Source: a virus (lineage: Duplodnaviria > Caudoviricetes). From it: a stretch of 64,000 nt of DNA. The notes beneath the pieces are model-generated. The model saw only the letters and a program-made list of their open reading frames with translations. It was not told the DNA's origin and made no database searches. The position numbers and the translations under genes were made by a program. Positions 18,541 to 28,265 of the stretch are shown here, piece after piece. The stretch's first letter is position 1. Each line of letters opens with the position of its first letter. The stretch lies in IMG/VR virus record IMGVR_UViG_3300027996_003878; one strand, written 5' to 3'.

Positions 18541-21500
18541 TTACAACCAGGCATATTCTATTGAAATATAGCCGTTTAATTCAAAATTTATTAATTCAAG
18601 CACAGGATCTGTTCCTGGAAAATCTAACTGTAAAACAACATAAGGTTTTTGTACCGAATTAACAATGTAGTCTTTGTTTCCGGGAACTACTGACAAGGAG
18701 CCAAAGGCCGGAGAAACTACAACAATTGTATTTGTTAACGTAGGCTCGCCTTGTGTGGCCAACTTTAATGTAGCCCCTAAACTTTGTCCCGGCGTATTAG
18801 TCGTAAACTGTAAATTATTCTGCCTGACTGCAACAACGTAAGTATTATATGGCAATGCTTCATTTAGGGGCAGTGCCCAATAGTAAGATCTAGGGCTATT
18901 TGAAACATTTTGTAATATTGGAAGGTCTACATTTGCAAATAAAGTAACTGTATTACTACTAGCTACAACAGAGCTAGCAACATTAAAGGCAGGCGCAAAC
19001 GTGGTGTCGCCAAAAACAAATGCAGCAGCCGGTGTGGCTCCGTTATCTCCAGACCCCCACATTCCATGATATACACTGGCATTAAAATAGTCAGTTTGAT
19101 TTTTATTGCGCTCAACAACCCAAGAGCTGCTGAAATCCTGCACTAAACCAACATCGCCGCCGGCTTCAAAAAATCTATCATCAAAAGTATTGTCTTTAAT
19201 CCAGCCTGAACCAGATGCTGCGGTTACTTGAATGTAGCCTTCTTTCAGATCAACCAAGCTATGAGTTGATCTATCACGCCTCGAAAACATATTTCCGCAA
19301 ACAAGAGCCTCAGAATAAGCACCCGCCAAAGTTGATGGTTGATTATCAATCAAAATATTATTAACACCAAAATTAACTGCACTAGCAACACCTTCATCAT
19401 TTTGCATGTTTAATAAGTTATCCTGGATCAACAAAACTGAACCACTAACTATTAAACTTTCTGCACTGTTGGGCGGAGGTGCCGCTAGCCCCGCACCAAC
19501 ATTAACCACAGTAATGTTATTATTTGAAACAAAAATTGGAGATAACGACCTTCCGTCAGTAAATGCTGATGTATAATTATCTAAGTAGACACCTGTGTAT
19601 TGATCTATTGTAGTCAAAGATGTAACATACATCGGCTGAAGAGCGTTACATTCAACTTGATTTTCAGAAAAATTTATCTTACATTGTTCAGCATAGACCT
19701 GAACAACGCCTACTCCAGAATAATTTGTTATATTTTCAGTATGCGACGGATACCTTAAGGTTGTCCCTGCTCCACCGGCACTATAGTTAGATGATATAAA
19801 ATTATTACCGTAAATATTTATACACGGATTAAAGTCATCTGGAGTTATCTGACTTCTAAAAGAGATATCAACATCTAGCATTGTCAAATTCTCTCCAGTG
19901 GCGGCACCTCCTGATGCCCCTCTTGTAATAAAGTCATTACCAACAATATTTAGACCTGATGAGTCAGGAAGAAGACTAAATACATTCGATCCTCCGAATT
20001 GAAGTGGAAAGATGCAGTTTAAAAACCTGGAGCTAGAAACCGTTGCCTTCTCTAACGGAGCTACAAATAATGATGGTAATACAAATTCATCACCACTAGC
20101 TGCATCAATAATTTTTTGGTAAGGGCCATTGACGCGACAATTAAGCATTAATAGATCGCGAGCTTGCAAAAGTACAAACTTTTCAAAGCCACCCGGAATC
20201 GTTAACCCAGGATTAACAGGGGCCAAGGCGGTGAAGTCACTTGTAACCGAGATCTGGCAATTATCCATAAATGCGTGGACATTATTAGACGCATCATCAA
20301 TAAAGAAATAGTGCTGGTGGTCTGCAATTGGAGAGGCTTGAGATATTGGCTCTTCAGCTAAATTCAACACACAATCTCTTAAAATTATATTAGAGGAATC
20401 GTAAACTCCACCATTAACATAACCAATTGAAGCGATCTGACCAATGCCTCCCACATAACCACCACCTCTAACTACGCACTTTTGTACAAGCACCTCATCA
20501 GCGGTAGGTAGCAAAAGAGACATATTGTCATTCCAAGGAGCACCAGCTACAGGTTGCTTGTAAAAATTACAATTATTTACAATAATTGATTTTCTATCAT
20601 CAATCGATGGAGCTGGCATGGGCTCAACATAAAGAGTGCAATCTTCAAAAGAACAATCATCAACGTATATAGAACTATTCTGACCAAGATTAACATTCAC
20701 AGAATGAAAGTTTGCGCTTGCCCCGTCTGTTTGAAATCGAATAGATTTAAGATAACTACCGACAGAGAAAAAACGATTTCCAATAAGATCTGTTGCAACT
20801 GAAGAAATATTTAAACTTAAAATAGGATAACTTGATTCAGTTGATTTATTACCAATAAAACTATAATTTTTACCACCAACTCCAGTTGTTACAGTGTAAG
20901 TTCCCGTATTGACAATAACAGTTGTTGGATATTCAACATTGATATTTAAAAGCAAATCAATTGCATTAGGTCCAAAAAAATCACCAGAAGGATTATCAAT
21001 AGAGTCGCCGCCAACAACTACATACCAATCATTGTGAACGGTATTTCCCCAGTTATTTCCCGTCTGGACTGCTATAACATCCTCAACCACATTAACAAAA
21101 AATGTACTTTTGTTTTGAGGTAAACTAGAAGAAGGTGTGCCTGAATTTCCAGACAGGGCCAGGCGAACATCTGTCCCACCCGCTCCTAAAGTGGATAGAT
21201 AATAGCAATACCTCACAGTTGAGTTGCCGCCACTATCAAAGCCAACATGATAGTTGTTAGTTAAAGTGGCATTACACAAACTAAAAGTTACAAAAGAGTT
21301 TAAAGCCGGATCAATGCTAACCCCGTCTTCAACTCCAAATGTTCGAGCACGACAACTATCAACAGTAAGAAAGTCAATATCACCATTGCCAGGAGAGAAG
21401 TCTACAGCAATTTGCATTGCATCAAAAAAACACTGCCTCATCCTTAAATGAGAGGATCTTGCACTTACTCCGGTATAACCTACTGCTCTAAGAGTCTTTG

Positions 21501-22239
21501 CTCTACCAGCTACAGCTCCATAATTAATTCTTCCAATAAATTTCACATAATCGCATGTAAGATCAGATCCGACCTCACATTGAATCATGGGAACGGTAGT
21601 CATTGTAGAAATAGGATCTCCACCGCTCGTGACATTTCCATCTAAATTGTCAGCAATTATTAAATTAATAAATTTACAGGATCCAGGTTCGCCAACCTTT
21701 AGATCTAACTCACCACCACCACTATCTCCACCTATTGTAGTAGAAGTGGTATTTTCAGATATTAAGAATATAGGATTCTCTGAAGTCTCACCAACAATGA
21801 TTGTTCCATCAACCTCTCCCATAACAGAAATTCCATTAGGAACTGTTATGGTTTGTACCACAGCATACTTGCCCGCTTTAACAAGTATCCATCCACCATT
21901 CAGCAGCTTAGTATCAGCCGCAGCCGCATCAAATGCATCTTTGAACGTAGGATAATCTGTTGTAAATGCATTAAAATCACCTGGATTATCTGTAGTACCA
22001 ATACTTACAAAACTACCACCGCCTAATTTACTGACATAATCCGCTAAAAGCTCTAATGTACCTTGAACGTTAGGATGATAAAATTCGTTATTTAAAACAG
22101 TTAAAGGAGGCTCCATATCAATGTCCGGTGCGCCATGGCGAAAATCTTCACCACGATAATGAACATTGAAGTCCTGCTTGTGTACGGCTAAAAACCCACC
22201 TTCTTTTAACCGACCTGATCCTATAAATCGCTTTGCCAT
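18541..22239 (-). CDS. Large tailspike/fibre protein with parallel beta-helix repeats
   Basis: 1232 aa; GWILVKAGKY...ITVPNGISVMGE pectate-lyase-like entry motif, beta-helix turns, C-terminus similar to that of 12729..18050. Confidence 0.65.
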   Translation of the reverse strand: MAKRFIGSGRLKEGGFLAVHKQDFNVHYRGEDFRHGAPDIDMEPPLTVLNNEFYHPNVQGTLELLADYVSKLGGGSFVSIGTTDNPGDFNAFTTDYPTFKDAFDAAAADTKLLNGGWILVKAGKYAVVQTITVPNGISVMGEVDGTIIVGETSENPIFLISENTTSTTIGGDSGGGELDLKVGEPGSCKFINLIIADNLDGNVTSGGDPISTMTTVPMIQCEVGSDLTCDYVKFIGRINYGAVAGRAKTLRAVGYTGVSARSSHLRMRQCFFDAMQIAVDFSPGNGDIDFLTVDSCRARTFGVEDGVSIDPALNSFVTFSLCNATLTNNYHVGFDSGGNSTVRYCYYLSTLGAGGTDVRLALSGNSGTPSSSLPQNKSTFFVNVVEDVIAVQTGNNWGNTVHNDWYVVVGGDSIDNPSGDFFGPNAIDLLLNINVEYPTTVIVNTGTYTVTTGVGGKNYSFIGNKSTESSYPILSLNISSVATDLIGNRFFSVGSYLKSIRFQTDGASANFHSVNVNLGQNSSIYVDDCSFEDCTLYVEPMPAPSIDDRKSIIVNNCNFYKQPVAGAPWNDNMSLLLPTADEVLVQKCVVRGGGYVGGIGQIASIGYVNGGVYDSSNIILRDCVLNLAEEPISQASPIADHQHYFFIDDASNNVHAFMDNCQISVTSDFTALAPVNPGLTIPGGFEKFVLLQARDLLMLNCRVNGPYQKIIDAASGDEFVLPSLFVAPLEKATVSSSRFLNCIFPLQFGGSNVFSLLPDSSGLNIVGNDFITRGASGGAATGENLTMLDVDISFRSQITPDDFNPCINIYGNNFISSNYSAGGAGTTLRYPSHTENITNYSGVGVVQVYAEQCKINFSENQVECNALQPMYVTSLTTIDQYTGVYLDNYTSAFTDGRSLSPIFVSNNNITVVNVGAGLAAPPPNSAESLIVSGSVLLIQDNLLNMQNDEGVASAVNFGVNNILIDNQPSTLAGAYSEALVCGNMFSRRDRSTHSLVDLKEGYIQVTAASGSGWIKDNTFDDRFFEAGGDVGLVQDFSSSWVVERNKNQTDYFNASVYHGMWGSGDNGATPAAAFVFGDTTFAPAFNVASSVVASSNTVTLFANVDLPILQNVSNSPRSYYWALPLNEALPYNTYVVAVRQNNLQFTTNTPGQSLGATLKLATQGEPTLTNTIVVVSPAFGSLSVVPGNKDYIVNSVQKPYVVLQLDFPGTDPVLELINFELNGYISIEYAWL

Positions 22240-22370
22240 GTATTAATATCCTGCCTTAAGGTCCTGAAATACATAATTAAAACTAAAAAAAATACAATAA
22301 ATTAGTTCAATAACATATTAAAATATGAGTTGAATGTTTTTTTAATTCAACCAAATTAAAACAAAGCAAA

Positions 22371-23978
22371 TTACAAGATAATTTTATGAGTATGTCCTAG
22401 TACCTCTTGAACAACACCGTTTATAACTGGGTGATTGTGGTCTTGAGATATTGAAGTTGTTTGATTGATTTGAACCAATGATACAATCCCCTCATTGACA
22501 ACAACTTCATGAGTGTGCGGTAATATACCTCCAGGACCACTAACCATACCTATTGATGTAACTATTTTTTCGGGAAACTTTGAAGTGTCATAGATAGAGT
22601 TAACTTGATAAATAGGATCTGTCTTTCGAACTCTCTGAGCAGTAAACTTTTGCCCGCCAGAAAAACTATTTATCAATTTATTCCTGGTTACTTTTGTAAT
22701 TTCATATCTAAACTCTTCAGTCCCATCTTCATTAAATCTTATAATATAATCTCTGTCTTTAATAGCGGGAACAACTAAAGTCCAACATTCAGGAATTAAA
22801 ATAGATTCTAAGCCGCCTTCATTGGGAGCTAAGTCTTCGTCTGTCGCACCAAATCTGACTAAAATTCTTCCGTCACTTCTTCTTGGGTTGAAAAACTGAT
22901 CGAATCCAGAAACAAAACCTGTGCCAGCACAATATGGACAACGATCATCTGGATATTCAGTGGTAGCTACATAACAACTACAAGTAATATCTGTCCTCAT
23001 CCTTCTCAAAAGAACACATGGCTCACCGGTAACCTCCAACAAAACCTCTTGTCTTCTATGGTTTTCAGATTGAAGTGGAACTCCTCTTATCATTCTTCCA
23101 ACGCCTAAATATCCATCAGCGCAAAACTGCTCGCCGCCATAATATGTACCTATACACTTTCCCTCAAGCATGGCAACCGGATCGGTTCTATGCCATCCGG
23201 TATAATCATATGCCGGAAAATCTTGCTGAGAGGCATCGCTAGCACTTAAATCTGATGTTAAAATATCTTTAGTTCTAACTCGATAACCATCAGCGTTAGT
23301 CCGAGGAAAATTAGGATAAGTAAAACTTGCAGTCGCTTGAAATGCAACTACATTCGTATCTTCAATTCCCTCCCAAAAATAAACAATTGGATCTTGAAAG
23401 ACACGACCATCATATCCGTCAACATTATGTGGCCGAGCTGTAGTGTTTAGAAATCCCCTGTTTACAAAAGGATCTGTAACAATTAAAGATCCTGTAGGAA
23501 TATCCTTTGATGTATACCTTATTAACTCAGTCCCTATTTTTATAATTCCATATGCAGGAAACTCATTTATATCTGCAATAGGAATAATCGTATCAAACTC
23601 TGAAATATTACTGGTTAAAACTGTTTCTGGATAAATATGTAAATCGCCATCTTTTGGCAAAAGAGACAAGTTATACCAACTAGGATCATACTCTGTAGCT
23701 TTTACACCAAAATAATAAGTCTTTCCCGGCGTGAATCCAGAAATAGAAGCCGCAAAATACCCATCCCGAACAGACACATACTTAACACCCTCAGAAAAAA
23801 CATCATCTCTTACTGAAGAATAATAAATATTATAGGCAATATTATCTCCGTCAACCTTTGCAAAGGCCTGATTCCATTCAATTGAGATAGTATAGCCATC
23901 CCCCTTATTTGAAGCTGCTTTTATACCTCGATTAGAATGAGGTACGTATACAGGTATTCTGTCATTTAAACAGGGCAT
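22371..23978 (-). CDS. Neck / head-closure-type protein with N-terminal FN3-like domain, Cys finger and HxH tail
   Basis: 535 aa; ISIEWNQA..IAYNIYYS..FTPGKTYYFGVKA (FN3-like); CSC...CPYCAGTG; closure-like PECWTLVVPAIKDRDYIIR; C-terminal HTH/HNH/HTH. Confidence 0.6.
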   Translation of the reverse strand: MPCLNDRIPVYVPHSNRGIKAASNKGDGYTISIEWNQAFAKVDGDNIAYNIYYSSVRDDVFSEGVKYVSVRDGYFAASISGFTPGKTYYFGVKATEYDPSWYNLSLLPKDGDLHIYPETVLTSNISEFDTIIPIADINEFPAYGIIKIGTELIRYTSKDIPTGSLIVTDPFVNRGFLNTTARPHNVDGYDGRVFQDPIVYFWEGIEDTNVVAFQATASFTYPNFPRTNADGYRVRTKDILTSDLSASDASQQDFPAYDYTGWHRTDPVAMLEGKCIGTYYGGEQFCADGYLGVGRMIRGVPLQSENHRRQEVLLEVTGEPCVLLRRMRTDITCSCYVATTEYPDDRCPYCAGTGFVSGFDQFFNPRRSDGRILVRFGATDEDLAPNEGGLESILIPECWTLVVPAIKDRDYIIRFNEDGTEEFRYEITKVTRNKLINSFSGGQKFTAQRVRKTDPIYQVNSIYDTSKFPEKIVTSIGMVSGPGGILPHTHEVVVNEGIVSLVQINQTTSISQDHNHPVINGVVQEVLGHTHKIIL

Positions 23979-24066
23979 TTAAGATTAAACCTCCAAATAA
24001 ATAATATATTATTATGCTAAAGTAGCGCTAGCGAATCTAATTTTAAAATATCATATAGTAATAGAT

Positions 24067-24573
24067 TTAATTAATTTTAGATGATATTTGCAATAAATCT
24101 TTCTTTCTTTTTCCTCTCTCTTTTTTCGGGGCTTTATGATAATCTAAAACTTTATCTACATATTGATTAGCAACACCCTCGCCATACTCTTCAGACAAGT
24201 ATTCAGTTTGTGCTCGAAATCCTTCTTGCTCAAACTTGTTATCAAGATAATTTCCATCAGAAGCGCTCTGAGTCGGACCATCTCCAAAGCATTGCTGTAA
24301 AACATGCATAATCTCATGAACCATATAATGATCATCTGATTCAAAATCATCATCATTTAACAATGAATAGTTAAAATAAATAATGCCATGATCAGTTCTC
24401 GCTGATACGTCTAAGTCAGCAAAAGTCATTGGTATGTAATCAATTAAATTGATGTCCACTCCTGCCTCTTCAAACATACCTTTTACAGTATCGCTTTTTT
24501 TTATTCTTTGTCGAACTTTATCTATCAACTCAAGAAGTTCTTTGTGAGTTTTATGTTTAAGACTTGACCCCAT
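24067..24573 (-). CDS. HExxH zinc metallopeptidase-like protein (DUF4157-like)
   Basis: 168 aa; YMVHEIMHVLQQ followed by EQEGF. Confidence 0.6.
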   Translation of the reverse strand: MGSSLKHKTHKELLELIDKVRQRIKKSDTVKGMFEEAGVDINLIDYIPMTFADLDVSARTDHGIIYFNYSLLNDDDFESDDHYMVHEIMHVLQQCFGDGPTQSASDGNYLDNKFEQEGFRAQTEYLSEEYGEGVANQYVDKVLDYHKAPKKERGKRKKDLLQISSKIN

Positions 24574-24631
24574 TATAACTATATAAATAAATATACCAAG
24601 AACTTGAGTTACAGATATGAATACTTAAAAG

Positions 24632-25210
24632 TTATAAATACAAACCTAAAGCTTTGGATACTGATTGCTCAATCGTCTCCTTATTGTAACCAACAATATA
24701 ACCCTTAACCTTCATATCTCTGCCTATCACAACAAATGTTGGCCAACCGCGAACTCGCCAGCCATCATGCCCTTTTGTCTTAAGCAAAGCATAACTTCCC
24801 AGCAATACAGGCTCTTTTATCTTAAACCCCTCCGCCCAATGCTTAAGATATTTTTGATTTAGAGGAGACCACCCATCACCATCGGCAAGTATAGTCAAAT
24901 ATGAAAAGCCATATCGCTTATACTTATTTCTAGTAGATGTGACATCTTTAGCGGCAATTTTACAGACATAGCACCAGCCCGCGCTAAAATCTAATAGGAT
25001 GACCTGCCTATAATGTTTATATAGAGAGAGGGTATTTCCATTTTGGTCTTGCAGCGTGAAATCACAAGCAATATCCCCCACTTCATATCCACATCTATCT
25101 GACTCAAACTCATAATTATTATCATAATTAAAATTATTGAAATAATTTGAGCTGCATCTAGATAATAAAATAATAAAAAATAAAGTAAAAAATAATTTAA
25201 TTAAATTCAT
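24632..25210 (-). CDS. TlpA/ResA-like thioredoxin-fold protein with hydrophobic N-terminus
   Basis: 192 aa; DFTLQDQNG..VILLDFSAGWCYVC and GWPTFVVIG (cis-Pro loop); N-terminal signal/lipoprotein-like segment ending LSRC. Confidence 0.8.
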   Translation of the reverse strand: MNLIKLFFTLFFIILLSRCSSNYFNNFNYDNNYEFESDRCGYEVGDIACDFTLQDQNGNTLSLYKHYRQVILLDFSAGWCYVCKIAAKDVTSTRNKYKRYGFSYLTILADGDGWSPLNQKYLKHWAEGFKIKEPVLLGSYALLKTKGHDGWRVRGWPTFVVIGRDMKVKGYIVGYNKETIEQSVSKALGLYL

Positions 25211-25246
25211 AAAGTCCTTAAATAAATAGTAAATTATTATAATTGA

Positions 25247-25591
25247 CTAGATACTAAAAGACTCACCGCAGCCGCAAGAAGATCTGCTATCAGAATTAAC
25301 AAATTCAAACCCTTGATATTTTAAAGTTTTTTTCCAATTTAAAACAACACCATTTAAAAATAAAATACTTTTTTTATCACAGTAAACATAAAAATTTTTA
25401 CTATTAAATTGAAATTCAAAAACAATATCTTTATCTGTCGCACTTTTATCATCAAATTCAATGATATAACGAAAGCCGGAGCAGCCCCCACCCTTTACCC
25501 CGACTCTTAAAGCGCCCGAATTTCTTTCTTCCAGCTTTTTAGAAACCATTTCAATAGCTGATTCAGTTAAATTAAAAGTATACTCATTCAT
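25247..25591 (-). CDS. iscA: A-type Fe-S carrier (IscA/HesB family)
   Basis: 114 aa; LRVGVKGGGCSGFRY and CGCGESF with all three conserved Cys; overlaps the iscU stop by 8 nt. Confidence 0.92.
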   Translation of the reverse strand: MNEYTFNLTESAIEMVSKKLEERNSGALRVGVKGGGCSGFRYIIEFDDKSATDKDIVFEFQFNSKNFYVYCDKKSILFLNGVVLNWKKTLKYQGFEFVNSDSRSSCGCGESFSI

Positions 25592-26474
25592 TTTTGCTTT
25601 CTAGTAACCCTAACGCTTTTTGTTTGTTTTTATAATTATTAATCGCTGACTTAATTGCATCTTCAGCAAGAACTGAACAATGTATCTTGACTGGGGGTAA
25701 ATTCAACTCATCAACAATATCTATATTTTTAATGCTTTCAGCTTCTTGCAAGGTTTTACCTTTTAACCATTCAGTGACTAAGGAACTAGACGCTATAGCA
25801 GACCCGCATCCAAAAGTTTTATACTTGGCATCTTCAATTATGCCATCATCATTTACCTTAATCTGAAGCCTCATGACATCACCACAATTGTGAACAAATA
25901 TCCCCTTATGCTCGCTATCTGAAACTTTAGTTATAATAGAAAAATTTGATAAAGGCTCTACTGTTAAACAATAAACATCGCGCCTACCTGCCGGAATCAC
26001 TTCAATCACCTTAGGGCTAGAGCTGAATATTTCTTGCTTCAACATTCCCTTTTCAAAGCTTCGCGTAAATGGCATTAATCTTATATTTTTAGAATCAGCC
26101 GCTTTAACCCACCGGTTAGCTATATCACTTCTTGTCCTTATTAAATGATCCGTAGTACATTCAAGGAATGAGCCATTATCTAAAATCAACTTTACGCACT
26201 CAGCGCTCTCTTTTGTTAATCTGGGCAAATATCCATTAGAAATAACCACACCATCGTCATCTGAATAAGAATAAACAGAGGTATTTTTTTTTAATTCAGA
26301 TAATTGTTTTATTGAAATAACATCTTTATTTCGAGGCACTGCAACTAAAGTATCGCCAACAAGGCAAGCCGGAGAGCCAACCAAACCTGTACCAACATTA
26401 GAGTTATCTTTATCTAAAGTACCAACATTTCTTGGATTTTCAAAATGATCAATTACCTTTTTTGAATAGCTCAT
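25584..26474 (-). CDS. iscU: Fe-S scaffold IscU interrupted by a mini-intein
   Basis: N-extein MSYSKKVIDHFENPRNVG...GLVGSPA, C-extein CGDVMRLQIKV..KTFGCGSAIASSS..LPPVKIHCSVLAEDAIK. Spliced length is 136 aa. Confidence 0.95.
   Translation of the reverse strand: MSYSKKVIDHFENPRNVGTLDKDNSNVGTGLVGSPACLVGDTLVAVPRNKDVISIKQLSELKKNTSVYSYSDDDGVVISNGYLPRLTKESAECVKLILDNGSFLECTTDHLIRTRSDIANRWVKAADSKNIRLMPFTRSFEKGMLKQEIFSSSPKVIEVIPAGRRDVYCLTVEPLSNFSIITKVSDSEHKGIFVHNCGDVMRLQIKVNDDGIIEDAKYKTFGCGSAIASSSLVTEWLKGKTLQEAESIKNIDIVDELNLPPVKIHCSVLAEDAIKSAINNYKNKQKALGLLESKNE
25887..26366 (-). mobile_element. Mini-intein (160 aa, no homing endonuclease) in iscU
   Basis: Block A CLVGDTLV (Cys codon 26364-26366), block B ECTTDH, block F DVYCLTV..NF, block G GIFVHN ending at 25887, +1 residue Cys. 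Confidence 0.93.
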
Positions 26475-26511
26475 TTGGATATATATTAAACTATTCCTTT
26501 AAATTTAATTA

Positions 26512-27414
26512 TTAAAACAACTGACGCGCACGCAAATGACGAAGTCTTGCTATAGCTGGATTGCGTGATGCAGCGACAGTGAGTGTCCCCAAGCCCTTGG
26601 GAGAGGGTTTCATATTAAACTTGATAAGTTTAAGCTTCTCAAAGTGATTCTGTAACTCAGATCCATACTGAGAGTTTAACATATCTGAAACACTTGGCGG
26701 ATTAAAGTTAATCCCATTATCAGTAATGGTAAACTCTCTGCCTCTCTCAATTAGTGCTTTACTCGATAGCGCATGAATTACAGCACCTTGAACAATAATA
26801 TCGTGAAATTGATCAATAATCTGCGTATGATCAAATCCAAAAAAAGTAAAATGAGGTATTTCATTAAACATAGTTAATGAATTAGCCAAAAAAGTGACTA
26901 ATGTATCTACAGTGTAGATATCACAGTCAACATAAATTTCATTGCCAAACTCATCTTTACTTTTTGACTTACCCGAGCTGTTTAGCCGAGCTTTCAAAGT
27001 CTTTAAAAGCTTATTTATGTTTTGGATAGCAATTTGACTATAATTAAAGCCAGGATCGTCTCCCAGATGAACATATCCATCTGTATTAATTTGTGGCATC
27101 TGAGTATTCTGTACAACGAAATTAAATGATCCTGACACATTGAATCCATTTAATACGCCGTCCCAAATATCATTCCAAACACCCAACGAGGAGTTTAGTC
27201 CTATAGTAAAATCATAACCATAAAGACCTTCACTTAATCTATAAATACCAATACTTGTAGCAGCTAGCGCTACATTTCCACTTGGCTGTACTATTGTAAT
27301 TGTAGGAAATGCATCAAGATCTTTCGGATTGCCGTCTGAGCCTTTAAACAATGCTCTTAACTGAACAGTTTCAGTATAACCTACAACTTCTCCACGTGAT
27401 CGAAATACACTCAT
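26512..27414 (-). CDS. Head-tail adaptor / neck protein with N-terminal Ig-like domain
   Basis: 300 aa; beta-rich N-terminus (GLYGYDFTI..GVWNDIWDG) and helical C-terminus (DIIVQGAVIHAL..LIERGREFTITDNGINF) resembling neck proteins. Confidence 0.55.
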   Translation of the reverse strand: MSVFRSRGEVVGYTETVQLRALFKGSDGNPKDLDAFPTITIVQPSGNVALAATSIGIYRLSEGLYGYDFTIGLNSSLGVWNDIWDGVLNGFNVSGSFNFVVQNTQMPQINTDGYVHLGDDPGFNYSQIAIQNINKLLKTLKARLNSSGKSKSKDEFGNEIYVDCDIYTVDTLVTFLANSLTMFNEIPHFTFFGFDHTQIIDQFHDIIVQGAVIHALSSKALIERGREFTITDNGINFNPPSVSDMLNSQYGSELQNHFEKLKLIKFNMKPSPKGLGTLTVAASRNPAIARLRHLRARQLF

Positions 27415-27479
27415 AAAAACCTAAAAAAAAATAAATAATTCAAAAATATATTGAATTAATCATAAATTCAATTTTAATA

Positions 27480-27821
27480 TTAAGCAGGAGACACGGACGA
27501 TGTCCCAAACGGTAACGCTACATTAATTATATACAGGCCATACTGCGGAAAACCCGTCACAGGATGATTCCAAGAAATACTTACAATGTAAGAGCCAACC
27601 GCTGAGGCTCCCGTGGGAATGCTTACATTCTTCTTATAAACGCCTGTACTAACTTTATCCATCGCAACCGGGAATCCTGGAGATTGAGTGGAATCAGGCA
27701 ACACAACATAATCAACAACAGGAAGGCTGGCTGGATCTTGCCTGCTGCCATAACCATCTAACGTTTGAACGGCAACAGTAACAGTTTGCCCTGGATTTGC
27801 AAATATCACTGAAGTTGACAT
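27480..27821 (-). CDS. Small Ig-like virion protein (putative)
   Basis: 113 aa beta-rich; GVYKKNVSIPTG..VGSYIVSISW resembles the N-terminal domain of 26512..27414. Confidence 0.45.
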   Translation of the reverse strand: MSTSVIFANPGQTVTVAVQTLDGYGSRQDPASLPVVDYVVLPDSTQSPGFPVAMDKVSTGVYKKNVSIPTGASAVGSYIVSISWNHPVTGFPQYGLYIINVALPFGTSSVSPA

Positions 27822-27842
27822 ACAAATATAGTAAATTATGCG

Positions 27843-28262
27843 CTACTGCTCTTTACTATTAGTAGAGTTATCAGCCACCTCATAATCGCTGTAATCATCT
27901 GCAAACTTTTCGTCAGAAAAAATCAGCTCTTCGTAAGTTGGCTCTTCTATTTTTATTGGCGAGACTCTACGGGTTGGCATGGGTTGATTTGATATGTATA
28001 CGCCTGGCTTTACTATAACTTTAGGAGGCGTATCTCTAACCAATATCTTGTCTCTTTTTTTAAATAGAGATCCCGATTTAGAGGAATCTTGCAATTGCTT
28101 TAATGTATAACTAAAATGATTATTATCCAATAAATTATAACTACGGCCTACACGAATTGTAAGCGCCAAATCTGCCAAGCAAACATTCTGCTTGCTTATA
28201 TTGATAACCCAAAATGAGTGCTTTAAGTGGGCTCTTAAATCTTTTTTATTACGACGAGCCAC
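27843..28262 (-). CDS. Hypothetical protein
   Basis: 139-aa ORF in the operon, acidic C-terminus. Confidence 0.7.
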   Translation of the reverse strand: MARRNKKDLRAHLKHSFWVINISKQNVCLADLALTIRVGRSYNLLDNNHFSYTLKQLQDSSKSGSLFKKRDKILVRDTPPKVIVKPGVYISNQPMPTRRVSPIKIEEPTYEELIFSDEKFADDYSDYEVADNSTNSKEQ

Positions 28263-28265
28263 AAA

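Noticed and set aside
25887-26366. Homing endonuclease or class 3 mechanism in the intein
   Set aside because: Only 160 aa with no LAGLIDADG or HNH motif. Cys1 is present, so the block-F Cys alone does not indicate class 3.
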